Shown: positions 1 through 9,690, counted from the stretch's first letter. The stretch is 64,000 nucleotides of DNA from a virus (IMGVR_UViG_2636416131_000001:32831-96830); one strand, 5' to 3'. Made by a program: numbers and translations. The notes: a model not told the origin generated them from the sequence alone.

Positions 1-147
1 GATGAAAAACTCCAGAACGAACTCTATATGACGCAGGACGAAAAGGAACGCCGGGAGCACCAGCCTTGGGTAATGGCGCGTCAACTTTTCAATAAGGTGG
101 CCCGTCAGCACCGTCATTACGGTAATGCCACATCCGCACGTATCTGA
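1..147 (+). CDS. 3' end of an upstream CDS truncated by the window edge (position fits P1 lpa/gene 10 upstream of pacA; not verified)
   Basis: Frame-1 open from position 1 to TGA at 145-147 (...NATSARI*); no start codon visible in window. Confidence 0.3.
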   Translation, partial: DEKLQNELYMTQDEKERREHQPWVMARQLFNKVARQHRHYGNATSARI

Positions 148-232
148 TTGATTGCTTGCCCGTTCCGGGCCTTTTGACATGTGACTTTCGTTACCCTCGC
201 GTCAAAAAGAGTTTTTACGAAAGGAAGCATAA

Positions 233-1426
233 GTGACCTGGGACGATCACAAGAAGAATTTTGCTCGCCTGGCGCGAGATGGTGGTTACACCATCGCACA
301 GTATGCCGCCGAGTTTAATCTTAACCCTAATACTGCACGTCGTTATCTCCGTGCCTTCAAAGAAGACACCAGGACAGCGGACAGCCGCAAGCCAAATAAG
401 CCAGTCAGGAAGCCACTAAAAAGCATGATCATTGATCACTCTAATGATCAACATGCAGGTGATCACATTGCGGCTGAAATAGCGGAAAAACAAAGGGTTA
501 ATGCCGTTGTCAGTGCCGCAGTCGAGAATGCGAAGCGCCAAAATAAGCGCATAAATGATCGTTCAGATGATCATGACGTGATCACCCGCGCCCACCGGAC
601 CTTACGTGATCGCCTGGAACGCGACACCCTGGATGATGATGGTGAACGCTTTGAATTCGAAGCTGGCGATTACCTGATAGATAACGTTGAAGCGCGGAAG
701 GCCGCGCGCGCTATGTTGCGTCGTTCCGGAGCTGATGTTCTGGAAACCACTCTTCTGGAAAAGTCTCTTTCTCATCTCCTTATGCTGGAGAATGCCAGGG
801 ATACGTGTATTCGCTTGGTGCAGGAAATGCGCGATCAGCAAAAAGAAGATGATGAAGGTACTCCGCCTGAATACCGTATCGCGAGCATGCTAAACAGCTG
901 TTCCGCGCAGATAAGCAGCCTGATCAACACCATTTACAGCATCCGGAATAACTATCGAAAAGAAAGCCGGGAGGCGGAAAAGCACGCTTTGTCTATGGGG
1001 CAAGCTGGCATTGTTAAGCTGGCATACGAACGAAAGCGTGAAAATAACTGGTCAGTGCTGGAAGCAGCTGAATTCATCGAGGCGCATGGCGGGAAAGTGC
1101 CGCCCCTGATGCTGGAGCAAATCAAAGCCGATCTGCGTGCTCCTAAGACCAATACCGATGATGAGGAAAGGCAAACTGCCGTCGGTGGCCCTTCTCTTGA
1201 AGATCTGGACAAAGTTGCGCGAGAACGGGCCGCCAACCGCCGCGCCGATGCCGCATTGTGGATTGAGCAACGTAGGGAAGAAATCGCCGATATCGTTGAT
1301 ACAGGCGGTTATGGAGATGTTGATACTGAAGGTGTATCAAACGAACCATGGCTGGAACAAGACCTGGACGAAGACGAGGAGGAAGACGAAGAAGTTACCC
1401 GCAAGCTATACGGGGATGATGATTAA
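233..1426 (+). CDS. pacA: pacase/terminase subunit PacA
   Basis: 397 aa ORF; contains the pac hexamer cluster near its 5' end; stop overlaps pacB start at 1426. Confidence 0.9.
   Translation: MTWDDHKKNFARLARDGGYTIAQYAAEFNLNPNTARRYLRAFKEDTRTADSRKPNKPVRKPLKSMIIDHSNDQHAGDHIAAEIAEKQRVNAVVSAAVENAKRQNKRINDRSDDHDVITRAHRTLRDRLERDTLDDDGERFEFEAGDYLIDNVEARKAARAMLRRSGADVLETTLLEKSLSHLLMLENARDTCIRLVQEMRDQQKEDDEGTPPEYRIASMLNSCSAQISSLINTIYSIRNNYRKESREAEKHALSMGQAGIVKLAYERKRENNWSVLEAAEFIEAHGGKVPPLMLEQIKADLRAPKTNTDDEERQTAVGGPSLEDLDKVARERAANRRADAALWIEQRREEIADIVDTGGYGDVDTEGVSNEPWLEQDLDEDEEEDEEVTRKLYGDDD
426..583. other. pac: pac packaging site: two clusters of TGATCA/TGATCG hexamers (4 + 3) within pacA
   Basis: TGATCA at 426, 433, 445, 460; TGATCG at 555; TGATCA at 567, 578; Dam GATC-containing hexamers typical of P1 pac. 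Confidence 0.8.
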
Positions 1427-2940
1427 TGGCCAGAAGTTGCGTAACGGATCCACGTTGGCGCGAGCTGGTGGCGCTATATCGTTATGACTGGATTGCGGCC
1501 GCTGATGTTTTGTTCGGCAAAACACCTACCTGGCAGCAGGATCTGATTATTGAGTCTGTGCAGGAACAGGGTAGCAAGACATCTGTTTCGTCTGGTCACG
1601 GTACCGGGAAATCAGACATGACTTCTATCATGATCATGTTGTTCATAATCATGTATCCCGGTGCCCGCGCCATTATCGTTGCGAACAAAATTCAGCAGGT
1701 AATGACCGGTATATTCAAGTACATCAAGATAAACTGGGCTACTGCCACCAGCCGTTTTCCATGGCTTGCTGATTATTTTGTTCTGACAGAAACCGCTTTC
1801 TATGAGGTTACTGGTAAAGGTGTATGGACTGTAGTACCGAAGGGCTTTCGTCTGGGAAGTGAAGAAGCTCTCGCCGGTGAACACGCAGATCATCTTCTGT
1901 ATATTATCGATGAAGCCTCCGGTGTCAGTGATAGAGCTTTCGGTATCATCACCGGTGCTCTTACCGGACAGGATAACCGCATCTTATTACTGTCACAGCC
2001 TACACGCCCAAGCGGCTATTTCTACGATACTCACCATAAACTGGCCAAGCGTCCTGGTAACCCTGATGGCGTTTATACGGCGATCACGCTTAACAGTGAG
2101 GAATCACCGCTGGTAACGCCAGCATTTATCAAAATGAAGCTGGCGGAGTACGGCGGGCGCGATAACCCTATGTACATGATTAAGGTACGCGGCCTATTCC
2201 CTAAATCACAGGATGGCTTCCTTCTTGGACGTGATGAGGTTGAACGTGCAACGCGGCGGAAAGTCAAGATTGCCAAAGGATGGGGCTGGCTTGCATGTGT
2301 GGACGTTGCTGGTGGTACGGGAAGGGATAAGTCCGTTATCAATATCATGATGGTGTCCGGCCAGAGAAATAAACGCCGTGTAATCAACTATCGAATGCTG
2401 GAATACACAGACGTTACAGAAACGCAGCTTGCCGCCAAAATTTTCGCAGAATGTAATCCTGAGCGATTCCCAAATATTACCATAGCGATAGACGGCGATG
2501 GCCTGGGTAAAGCAACGGCGGATCTGATGTACGAGTATTATGGTATTACCGTACAGCGTATACGCTGGGGTAAAAAGATGCATAGCCGTGAAGATAAGAG
2601 CCTGTACTTTGATAAACGTGCTTATGCCAACGTTCAAGCCGCAGAGGCCGTAAAATCTGGTCGTATGAGACTGGATAAGGGTAATGAAACTATTGAGGAA
2701 GCGTCGAAAATCCCTGTAGGGATTAACTCCGCAGGTCAATGGAAGGTGATGAGTAAGGAGGATATGAAGAAAAAACTCAACCTGCACTCACCAGACCATT
2801 GGGATACATATTGTTTCGCTATGCTGGCGGATTATGTTCCCCAGGACGAAGTGCTTAGCGTCGAAGACGAAGCGCAGGTTGATGAAGCTCTGGCATGGCT
2901 TAATGAATTAATATTTGCTCTAATAAATTGTGTTTTTTAA
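1426..2940 (+). CDS. pacB: pacase/terminase large subunit PacB
   Basis: 504 aa ORF translationally coupled to pacA; synteny pacA-pacB-c1. Confidence 0.88.
   Translation: MARSCVTDPRWRELVALYRYDWIAAADVLFGKTPTWQQDLIIESVQEQGSKTSVSSGHGTGKSDMTSIMIMLFIIMYPGARAIIVANKIQQVMTGIFKYIKINWATATSRFPWLADYFVLTETAFYEVTGKGVWTVVPKGFRLGSEEALAGEHADHLLYIIDEASGVSDRAFGIITGALTGQDNRILLLSQPTRPSGYFYDTHHKLAKRPGNPDGVYTAITLNSEESPLVTPAFIKMKLAEYGGRDNPMYMIKVRGLFPKSQDGFLLGRDEVERATRRKVKIAKGWGWLACVDVAGGTGRDKSVINIMMVSGQRNKRRVINYRMLEYTDVTETQLAAKIFAECNPERFPNITIAIDGDGLGKATADLMYEYYGITVQRIRWGKKMHSREDKSLYFDKRAYANVQAAEAVKSGRMRLDKGNETIEEASKIPVGINSAGQWKVMSKEDMKKKLNLHSPDHWDTYCFAMLADYVPQDEVLSVEDEAQVDEALAWLNELIFALINCVF
2914..2930 (+). promoter_or_regulatory. 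C1 operator-like site inside the 3' end of pacB
   Basis: TTTGCTCTAATAAATTG, 15/17 match to P1 operator consensus ATTGCTCTAATAAATTT; about 350 bp upstream of the icd-like ORF, the same spacing as the immI operator to icd. Confidence 0.5.
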
Positions 2941-3061
2941 CTGCCGATGTTACATTGAACCTGACCTCTTGCGCCTTGAGGCATTTTCGGTTTATGCTTA
3001 TCAGGCACCTCAGTAAAACGGGTGCCGGGATTGGAACCCCGGATAATGTCAAAGGCGACAC

Positions 3062-3084
3062 AGACGCCAAAAGCGTCTTTTTTT
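3062..3084 (+). terminator. rho-independent terminator after pacB
   Basis: hairpin agacgc-caaaa-gcgtct followed by T7 run. Confidence 0.55.
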
Positions 3085-3114
3085 GTGTCATGCCATCGCA
3101 CGGCCATACGTAGC

Positions 3115-3235
3115 GTTTAGCTCAGAGATCAATGGTAGTGCTGGCTGGGCTGCCGAAAGGCAGGCCGGTTCCCTTTGACGCCGGTAGTTCCAACCCAGTC
3201 AGTGCTACCGCCATTGAGATTGGAACCTCACGCGG
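3115..3235 (+). ncRNA. c4-like antisense RNA region (bounds approximate)
   Basis: Lies between an operator and an icd-like ORF as c4 does in immI; hairpin ctgcc-gaaa-ggcag; ggtagttccaa is complementary to downstream ttggaac...cggtagc in the icd leader. Confidence 0.3.
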
Positions 3236-3269
3236 TAGCTCCTTAACTTAGTCAAAGGAGGCTGCCATT

Positions 3270-3491
3270 ATGGCTACTATCCCTACCCCAACTCATCCTG
3301 AATTTATCTGGCGCTTTTACTCCTGCCAAAAACGTCACTATCACTTCGTTATTGCACCGACAGAAGATGAGGCCCGCTCTCAGCTTCCTGACGCCCCATG
3401 TATTTTCTCTGCCCGTTTTTCCACTGATTCACGCAATTCTCTCAGTTACTGGTGCCTCCCTGTTAACGCTTCTGTTCAGGAGGGGCTATGA
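3270..3491 (+). CDS. Icd-like protein, paralog of the immI Icd at 49825..50046
   Basis: 73 aa; shares EFIWRFYSC.K.HYHFVIA.TEDEARSQLPD.PCIF.ARFST.SRN.LSYW with the second copy; stop overlaps the downstream ant-like start. Confidence 0.7.
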   Translation: MATIPTPTHPEFIWRFYSCQKRHYHFVIAPTEDEARSQLPDAPCIFSARFSTDSRNSLSYWCLPVNASVQEGL

Positions 3492-4600
3492 GAACGTCAT
3501 TAGTCACCCGTGAAGAGATGATCGAGGCAATTGAACAGCACACTGCCTGTATCAGCACCAGGGATATTCCCAGTGTTATAGCCAACTACTTCATGATCAC
3601 TAAACAACTTTACCGGAGAAAGGACAAGAACGCGGTTCACCGTATCCTGCTGTCTGATATTCGCGAATACCTGCTCGAACAGGGTCATCTGAATTACGCA
3701 ACCGTCGCAGCCGAAGCACGCAAGGAGGCACACAGAATGAAAGCAACTAACGTTAAATCAGAAAAAATTCATGCACCTTCAGTTCAGGAATCGGAGCTGG
3801 TGGTTGTTCAGAATCAGTCTGATGAAATTCCCGTTCTGGAATGGCTGGGAGTGCGTGTAGTGACAACTGAGACTCTTGCTAAAGGGTATGGGACCGATGA
3901 AGCGAATATTCGTAAAAATTTGTCTCGCAACCCCGATCGCTTTGAAGAAGGTAAGCATTACTATCTCTTAACTGGTTCAAAATTAAAGGAATTTAAAAGG
4001 CTAGTGACTATTAGTCACTTGGTTAGCAAATATACAAGTCAGGTAATTCTCTGGGCCGAGCGCGGAGCGGCACGCATGTCTAAGATCGTGGACACAAATG
4101 AAGCATGGGCATTCTTTGAAAAACTGGAAGACAGCTACTTCCGGCAAAAAGAACAGCAACCGGTTGCAATCCCCCAAACATTACCAGAAGCCCTACGCCT
4201 GGCTGCCGAACTGGCTGAAAAAAAGCAGCTTCTGGAACAGAAAGCCCACCAGCTAAATCAGCAGCTGGTAGCCGCCGCTCCTAAGGTCGATTTTGCCGAC
4301 CGGGTATCAGTAGCTAAAGGGATCCTGATTGGGAATTTTGCAAAGGTTGTTGGACTTAAGCAAAACGCGCTGTTTGCCTGGTTACGGGAGAACGGCATCC
4401 TGATAGCGTCCGGTGGACGTAAAAATGTGCCGTTCCAGCAGTACATCAACGCGGGGTATTTCACGGTGAAAGAAGTGGTGCTGGATGATGAAGATGGCTA
4501 CCAGATACGGTTGACGCCTCAATTAACGGGTAAAGGCCAGCAGTGGTTGACGCGTAAACTGCTCGATGCTGGCTTGTTAAAACCGGTGGCGGTTGAATAA
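3488..4600 (+). CDS. Ant-like antirepressor paralog with a different central domain
   Basis: 370 aa; N-terminal ~90 aa and C-terminal ~150 aa (IPQTLPEALRLAAELAE...GKGQQWLTRKLLDAGLLKPVA) homologous to Ant1 at 50043..51086 and to the KilA C-terminus; central ~120 aa unrelated to Ant1. Confidence 0.75.
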   Translation: MRTSLVTREEMIEAIEQHTACISTRDIPSVIANYFMITKQLYRRKDKNAVHRILLSDIREYLLEQGHLNYATVAAEARKEAHRMKATNVKSEKIHAPSVQESELVVVQNQSDEIPVLEWLGVRVVTTETLAKGYGTDEANIRKNLSRNPDRFEEGKHYYLLTGSKLKEFKRLVTISHLVSKYTSQVILWAERGAARMSKIVDTNEAWAFFEKLEDSYFRQKEQQPVAIPQTLPEALRLAAELAEKKQLLEQKAHQLNQQLVAAAPKVDFADRVSVAKGILIGNFAKVVGLKQNALFAWLRENGILIASGGRKNVPFQQYINAGYFTVKEVVLDDEDGYQIRLTPQLTGKGQQWLTRKLLDAGLLKPVAVE

Positions 4601-4607
4601 TGGAAGA

Positions 4608-4629
4608 ATGCCCGGTTGATGCCGGGCAT
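4608..4629. terminator. bidirectional terminator hairpin between convergent ant-like gene and c1
   Basis: atgcccgg-ttgat-gccgggcat perfect 8 bp stem, flanked by A/T runs. Confidence 0.55.
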
Positions 4630-4632
4630 AAT

Positions 4633-5484
4633 TTATTGCGCGCTTTCGGGGTTGTCGTTTACTGGCTGCCCCTTCTTGGTTTTACGGCTGCGCGTAACTG
4701 ATGCGGCTGACTTAACCTTTTTCTCTTCGCGAGTGATGGCAATTTGTTTTTTTACATTTTCAATATCTGCCAGGCGATATATTTTTGCTTGCGGCCAGCG
4801 GTCGCAGATGATCGGTTCTATGGAGTCATAAAGGCTAAATTTTGCTTTTTCGAATTCACCGTTGATGATAATTCCATCACGGAGAGTTTCATCGCAGATA
4901 AACACGCCACACAGTGGCACATGGTAACTAACTGATTTGCCATCATTGTAGTTAGGGCTACTGGAAATGTAGTGGACGCGCAGCATTGTTTCGCTAAAGC
5001 CGTGTACGCGCATACGGAATTTTTCATCCTCCGGGTACTGCTTCATTAGCTCTTTTGTTGCTTCCAGGTTCTCTATGTATTTCGCACTGTGCTCATTGAT
5101 CCCTGCGCTTTTCTGGATGCGAATGTCCTTATCAATCAGATGAATAATGCGACCGGCGGTCATGTTGACGCTGTTCACAGCTTCTGTCTGATAAGTCGTA
5201 ACCTTACGCACACCGCGAAGGATGTTAGGCACTGGATATAAAATAGTCTTTGGGATATTGAGGTCTGGGTACTGTTCCAGTTCCCGCGCCATTAAAGTCC
5301 ATTTATCAATTTCAGCCTGAATGCTGTCAGTTTCTTTGAACGGTAGAACGACAACCGGGCGTACAGGACGACCGTCGCTGGCTGTATCAACGTGTTGGGC
5401 GCGTGCAACAGCTTTTTTTAGAAAGAGATCCCTGAAGCTGACGAACTCCTGGTACAGTTGTTCGCCGTAGACATAATTTATCAT
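4633..5484 (-). CDS. c1: C1 repressor of lytic functions
   Basis: 283 aa ORF beginning MINYVYGEQLYQEF; matches recalled P1 C1 in sequence and length; adjacent coi and operators. Confidence 0.95.
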   Translation of the reverse strand: MINYVYGEQLYQEFVSFRDLFLKKAVARAQHVDTASDGRPVRPVVVLPFKETDSIQAEIDKWTLMARELEQYPDLNIPKTILYPVPNILRGVRKVTTYQTEAVNSVNMTAGRIIHLIDKDIRIQKSAGINEHSAKYIENLEATKELMKQYPEDEKFRMRVHGFSETMLRVHYISSSPNYNDGKSVSYHVPLCGVFICDETLRDGIIINGEFEKAKFSLYDSIEPIICDRWPQAKIYRLADIENVKKQIAITREEKKVKSAASVTRSRKTKKGQPVNDNPESAQ

Positions 5485-5594
5485 TGATCCTCCTCCAGAA
5501 TTGACATGGCCAATAACGCCCGGCTGAGAAAACCGGTCATTACTGACCTATATTATAGAGGGATCAAACAAAAATAATAGATTTATTAGTGCAT

Positions 5595-5804
5595 TTATTG
5601 TGAGTCTAACTGGTTAGTTGCCATGAGATATTCGATTGTGTCAGTGAGGTCATCCAGGTCGTCTTGGGTGATGCGGTACTCCTGATTGGATATCTTTGAG
5701 TAGTGTTCAGCAATGGCGCGGGCAGCGTCGGTTTCGGCAGGGTCTACAGATAAAGCGTTAGAGCAATGTCTAACGTCGTCGATGGTTGGTTGAATGAAAG
5801 CCAT
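5595..5804 (-). CDS. coi: Coi, C1 inactivator
   Basis: 69 aa acidic ORF immediately upstream of c1, same strand. Confidence 0.8.
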   Translation of the reverse strand: MAFIQPTIDDVRHCSNALSVDPAETDAARAIAEHYSKISNQEYRITQDDLDDLTDTIEYLMATNQLDSQ

Positions 5805-6042
5805 AATTATGCCTCACTGTATTGACAACACAGAGCCTGAAGCTCTGACCTACTGTTTCACCCATGATCCATGCTGGGGTAATCTAACAACATTGCGCTG
5901 TGTGTAAGATGAGCAATGCATAGCTGTAATGCCGTTGTATAAGGTTTCCCTGTTTGCTCATTTCCTTCTGAGCCGCTCTACAACGCTGAAGACACATTAA
6001 ATAGTGAATCCAAAGTCGTATTACGTAACGGCGGCAAAACTA

Positions 6043-6059
6043 TAATTTATTAGAGCAAT
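6043..6059 (-). promoter_or_regulatory. C1 operator (Op99-type) upstream of coi/c1
   Basis: reverse complement reads ATTGCTCTAATAAATTA, 16/17 to consensus. Confidence 0.6.
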
Positions 6060-6125
6060 TGTCAAACAACTATGAAAAACAATCCAGTTTTTGGCTGGTG
6101 GAGTGGGATTTTTCTCTCAAAATTT

Positions 6126-6142
6126 ATTGCTCTAATAATTCT
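6126..6142 (+). promoter_or_regulatory. C1 operator-like site between immC and loxP
   Basis: ATTGCTCTAATAATTCT, 15/17 with perfect ATTGCTCTAAT core. Confidence 0.55.
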
Positions 6143-6185
6143 TGATTTTTATGCGCAGCTGGACGTAAACTCCTCTTCGGACCTA

Positions 6186-6219
6186 ATAACTTCGTATAGC
6201 ATACATTATACGAAGTTAT
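6186..6219. other. loxP: loxP site-specific recombination site
   Basis: exact 34 bp ATAACTTCGTATA-GCATACAT-TATACGAAGTTAT. Confidence 0.98.
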
Positions 6220-6408
6220 CTTAAGGGTTATTGAACATGATCAATTTACCTGTAAATCCATACAGTTCAATACCTTATCAGGTCAAATAGTGATCACTTG
6301 ATCATTTGATCAAGGTTGCGCTACGTAAAATCTGTGAAATGTTGGCAGTGTTTGTGCTCCAGATTTCGCGTAGCGCACTTAGCACCACCAATCAATCAGA
6401 GGTGAAAA

Positions 6409-6630
6409 ATGGGATATTCAGCTGCTAAAGTGTCCACTCATCTTGAGCTTGAGAAAAACCGTGGTTACTGGCGGGCAAAAGGGTTTGATCGTGATAGTTG
6501 TCAACTGTCATTATCGCGCGGTGAAGAGAAAATAGAACGCACGCGCGGTCGCTGGCGTTTCTATGACGAGAACCATAAACAGGTAAAGGCAGAGCCGATC
6601 CTGTACACTTTACTTAAAACCATTATCTGA
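6409..6630 (+). CDS. hypothetical 73 aa ORF between loxP and cre
   Basis: strong SD GAGGTGA 6 nt upstream of ATG; basic product; stop 8 nt before the cre ATG. Confidence 0.35.
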   Translation: MGYSAAKVSTHLELEKNRGYWRAKGFDRDSCQLSLSRGEEKIERTRGRWRFYDENHKQVKAEPILYTLLKTII

Positions 6631-6637
6631 GTGTTAA

Positions 6638-7669
6638 ATGTCCAATTTACTGACCGTACACCAAAATTTGCCTGCATTACCGGTCGATGCAACGAGTGAT
6701 GAGGTTCGCAAGAACCTGATGGACATGTTCAGGGATCGCCAGGCGTTTTCTGAGCATACCTGGAAAATGCTTCTGTCCGTTTGCCGGTCGTGGGCGGCAT
6801 GGTGCAAGTTGAATAACCGGAAATGGTTTCCCGCAGAACCTGAAGATGTTCGCGATTATCTTCTATATCTTCAGGCGCGCGGTCTGGCAGTAAAAACTAT
6901 CCAGCAACATTTGGGCCAGCTAAATATGCTTCATCGTCGGTCCGGGCTGCCACGACCAAGTGACAGCAATGCTGTTTCACTGGTCATGCGACGGATCCGA
7001 AAAGAAAACGTTGATGCCGGTGAGCGTGCAAAACAGGCATTGGCGTTCGAACGCACTGATTTCGACCAGGTTCGTTCACTCATGGAAAATAGCGATCGCT
7101 GCCAGGATATACGTAATCTGGCATTTCTTGGGATTGCTTATAATACCCTGCTACGTATAGCAGAAATTGCCAGGATCAGGGTTAAAGATATCTCACGTAC
7201 TGACGGTGGGAGAATGTTAATCCATATTGGCAGAACGAAAACGCTGGTTAGCGCCGCAGGTGTAGAGAAGGCACTTAGCCTGGGGGTAACTAAACTGGTC
7301 GAGCGATGGATTTCTGTCTCTGGTGTAGCTGATGATCCTAATAACTACCTGTTTTGCCGGGTCAGAAAAAATGGTGTTGCCGCGCCATCTGCCACCAGCC
7401 AGCTATCAACTCGCGCCCTGGAAGGGATTTTTGAAGCAACTCATCGATTGATTTACGGCGCTAAGGATGACTCTGGTCAGAGATACCTGGCCTGGTCTGG
7501 ACACAGTGCCCGTGTCGGAGCCGCGCGAGATATGGCCCGCGCTGGAGTTTCAATACCGGAGATCATGCAAGCTGGTGGCTGGACCAATGTAAATATTGTC
7601 ATGAACTATATCCGTAACCTGGATAGTGAAACAGGGGCAATGGTGCGCCTGCTGGAAGATGGCGATTAG
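6638..7669 (+). CDS. cre: Cre tyrosine recombinase
   Basis: 343 aa, MSNLLTVHQNLPALPVDATSDEVRKNLMDMFRDRQAF...; matches recalled Cre; loxP 419 bp upstream. Confidence 0.98.
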   Translation: MSNLLTVHQNLPALPVDATSDEVRKNLMDMFRDRQAFSEHTWKMLLSVCRSWAAWCKLNNRKWFPAEPEDVRDYLLYLQARGLAVKTIQQHLGQLNMLHRRSGLPRPSDSNAVSLVMRRIRKENVDAGERAKQALAFERTDFDQVRSLMENSDRCQDIRNLAFLGIAYNTLLRIAEIARIRVKDISRTDGGRMLIHIGRTKTLVSAAGVEKALSLGVTKLVERWISVSGVADDPNNYLFCRVRKNGVAAPSATSQLSTRALEGIFEATHRLIYGAKDDSGQRYLAWSGHSARVGAARDMARAGVSIPEIMQAGGWTNVNIVMNYIRNLDSETGAMVRLLEDGD

Positions 7670-7686
7670 CCATTAACGCGTAAATG

Positions 7687-7703
7687 ATTGCTCTAATTCT
7701 TTG
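7687..7703 (+). promoter_or_regulatory. C1 operator-like site downstream of cre
   Basis: ATTGCTCTAATTCTTTG, perfect 11 bp core; 17 nt upstream of the next ATG. Confidence 0.5.
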
Positions 7704-7719
7704 ATATTTATGGTGGCAT

Positions 7720-8031
7720 ATGAGAAAGGATTTCAACATCGACGGAAAATATGTAGTGCTGTCTGTAAGCACTAATATTCTGTCACCATCTGTCATTGTC
7801 ACCGTAAAGTTGAGCGATAGGATGCCTGATATCGACTCGATATCTGTTGCGTTCCCCGTTAAAAGCATGCGGAGTGCTGAACATTTTGTGATGAATGCAA
7901 CGGAGGAGGAAGCGCGGCGCGGGCTTACTAGAGTGATGGGGGAATTTGGCGAACTCCTGGGTAAGGTAAACAATGCCCTTTCAATCAGTTCAGCAAGGTC
8001 CAAAGCGTTAACAGCTTCCATGATGAAATAA
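7720..8031 (+). CDS. hypothetical protein in the cra position of the P1 gene order
   Basis: 103 aa ORF directly behind an operator-like site; no recognisable motifs. Confidence 0.45.
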   Translation: MRKDFNIDGKYVVLSVSTNILSPSVIVTVKLSDRMPDIDSISVAFPVKSMRSAEHFVMNATEEEARRGLTRVMGEFGELLGKVNNALSISSARSKALTASMMK

Positions 8032-8035
8032 AAAA

Positions 8036-8060
8036 AAGCCTGGCAAGGAGCCAGGCTGCA
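8036..8060 (-). terminator. hairpin with T-run on the minus strand
   Basis: gcctggc-aagga-gccaggc preceded on the plus strand by A8 (T8 on minus). Confidence 0.4.
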
Positions 8061-8163
8061 CAAAAGAGCGGGTTTGTATTCCGCATCCAATCAATCAAGA
8101 AGGAGTATAGCACACAGGTACTGAAGTGAAAAAATGTGATTCGCGATAAACAAAATATCTGCC

Positions 8164-8193
8164 ATTGCTCTAATTGATTGCTATAATTTAGCC
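8164..8193 (+). promoter_or_regulatory. tandem overlapping C1 operators upstream of ref
   Basis: ATTGCTCTAATTGATTG overlapping ATTGCTATAATTTAGCC. Confidence 0.6.
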
Positions 8194-8278
8194 GCAGTTT
8201 TTGTCAACTACGAAGACGTTGCCATTACTTCACTCCTTGACATCATTGGCGGCCATTAGGCCGCCTTTTTTTTGCCAT

Positions 8279-8839
8279 ATGAAAACAATCGAACAAAAAC
8301 TTGAACAGCGCCGCGAGTGGCAGAAGGCAGCCAGAGAACGAGCGATCGCTCGGCAACGGGAAAAGTTGGCTGACCCCGCCTGGCGAGAATCGCAATATCA
8401 GAAAATGCGGGATTCTATCGACCGCCGTATCGCTAAACAGAAAGAGCGCCCACCAGCCAGCAAAACGCGGAAAAGTGCGGTAAAAATAAAATCTCGTGGC
8501 TTGAAGGGGCGAACACCGACGGCGGAGGAACGGACCATCGCCAATGCTCTTGGCACTCTCCCCTGCATTGCCTGCTACATGCATGGAGTAATATCTGAAG
8601 AGGTGTCTCTGCACCATATCTCCGGTCGTACCGCGCCGGGTTGTCACAAAAAGCAATTGCCCCTTTGCAGATGGCACCACCAGCATGCAGCACCGGCTGA
8701 AGTAAGAGAAAAATACCCTTGGCTGGTCCCCGTTCATGCCGATGGTGTGGTTGGAGGCAAGAAAGAATTCACCTTGCTGAACAAGTCAGAGATGGAATTG
8801 CTGGCTGACGCCTATGAGATGGCAAACATCATGCACTAA
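8279..8839 (+). CDS. ref: Ref recombination enhancement function (HNH-type endonuclease)
   Basis: 186 aa from ATG 8279 (MKTIEQK...); Cys/His cluster CIACYMHG...HH...CHKK...CRWHH; C1 operators upstream; longer track ORF starts further 5'. Confidence 0.8.
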   Translation: MKTIEQKLEQRREWQKAARERAIARQREKLADPAWRESQYQKMRDSIDRRIAKQKERPPASKTRKSAVKIKSRGLKGRTPTAEERTIANALGTLPCIACYMHGVISEEVSLHHISGRTAPGCHKKQLPLCRWHHQHAAPAEVREKYPWLVPVHADGVVGGKKEFTLLNKSEMELLADAYEMANIMH

Positions 8840-9027
8840 TAAATATATTATTTTTAATCTTAAATGATTGACAACTGACAAGTGACTTGAGTCAGAATCA
8901 TCACACGCCCGGTACGGATGGATCCCTTTTCAAATATTCCATGGACGGCACAGTCTGAGTACCGGGCGCTACCTTCAGTTGTATTGCTAAGCCGCCGCTG
9001 GTGGCTTTTCTTTTTTGTAGGGGCGCT

Positions 9028-9669
9028 ATGGATAAGAAAATATGCGTTGTTTCAATGAGCGTCGGCAAACCGGCGTCAATGACTGCTGCATGGATCAACA
9101 ATGAGCTGATAATGGCTGAGCGGACCAGCTACCCTGAACGCCGCCGCGATATGGAACTCCAGCTGCTGCGCGAATTGCGAGAAAAAGAGGAAAAGGGTTT
9201 TATCGTGCTGGTGGAAGAGGAAAACAGCTTTATTACCGGTCGAGTTGGCCAGCGTGTAAGGTTGCGTGATCCCTTCATGAACGGCAGACCGGTACTGATT
9301 GAAGCAATGCAGATTTACAAGGAATTGGAACGCCAGAAAGCGATCAAGTTACCGCGCAAGGAATCCGGCAAATACATCCTTCACCAAAGCATCTTCGATT
9401 CCGAACACGATAAAAAAGGCGATGAATTTTTCAACATCAACTGGAGCGAAATAACGACAGAACATGTTCTGACGTTACTATGTTGCTTTGCGACGGAATA
9501 CAACAACGTTGCCAGCGCCGACTACATCAGGGCAATGGCTGGAGAAGTTGAGGCCCATCAGGAACCATCATTACTAAGTCCCCTGATTAACATAATTCGC
9601 GGAACTCAAACACTAACGCAAAAACAAGTGCCGCAAGGAGAATTAACAGGTAAACAGAACTATTTATAA
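9028..9669 (+). CDS. hypothetical protein (position fits P1 mat; unverified)
   Basis: ATG at 9028 in frame with track ORF 9001..9669; GC content like the phage core. Confidence 0.5.
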   Translation: MDKKICVVSMSVGKPASMTAAWINNELIMAERTSYPERRRDMELQLLRELREKEEKGFIVLVEEENSFITGRVGQRVRLRDPFMNGRPVLIEAMQIYKELERQKAIKLPRKESGKYILHQSIFDSEHDKKGDEFFNINWSEITTEHVLTLLCCFATEYNNVASADYIRAMAGEVEAHQEPSLLSPLINIIRGTQTLTQKQVPQGELTGKQNYL

Positions 9670-9690
9670 TAGTTACGTTAGGTAACATTA

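Noticed and set aside
3115-3235. tRNA-like folded region upstream of the icd-like ORF
   Set aside because: Has stem-loops but no recognisable tRNA cloverleaf or conserved T-loop/anticodon features; better explained as a c4-type regulatory RNA precursor.
7599-8737. Minus-strand ORFs 7599..8090 and 8243..8737 overlapping cre, the 103 aa gene and ref
   Set aside because: They overlap well-supported plus-strand genes, and their products look like low-complexity reverse-frame translations.
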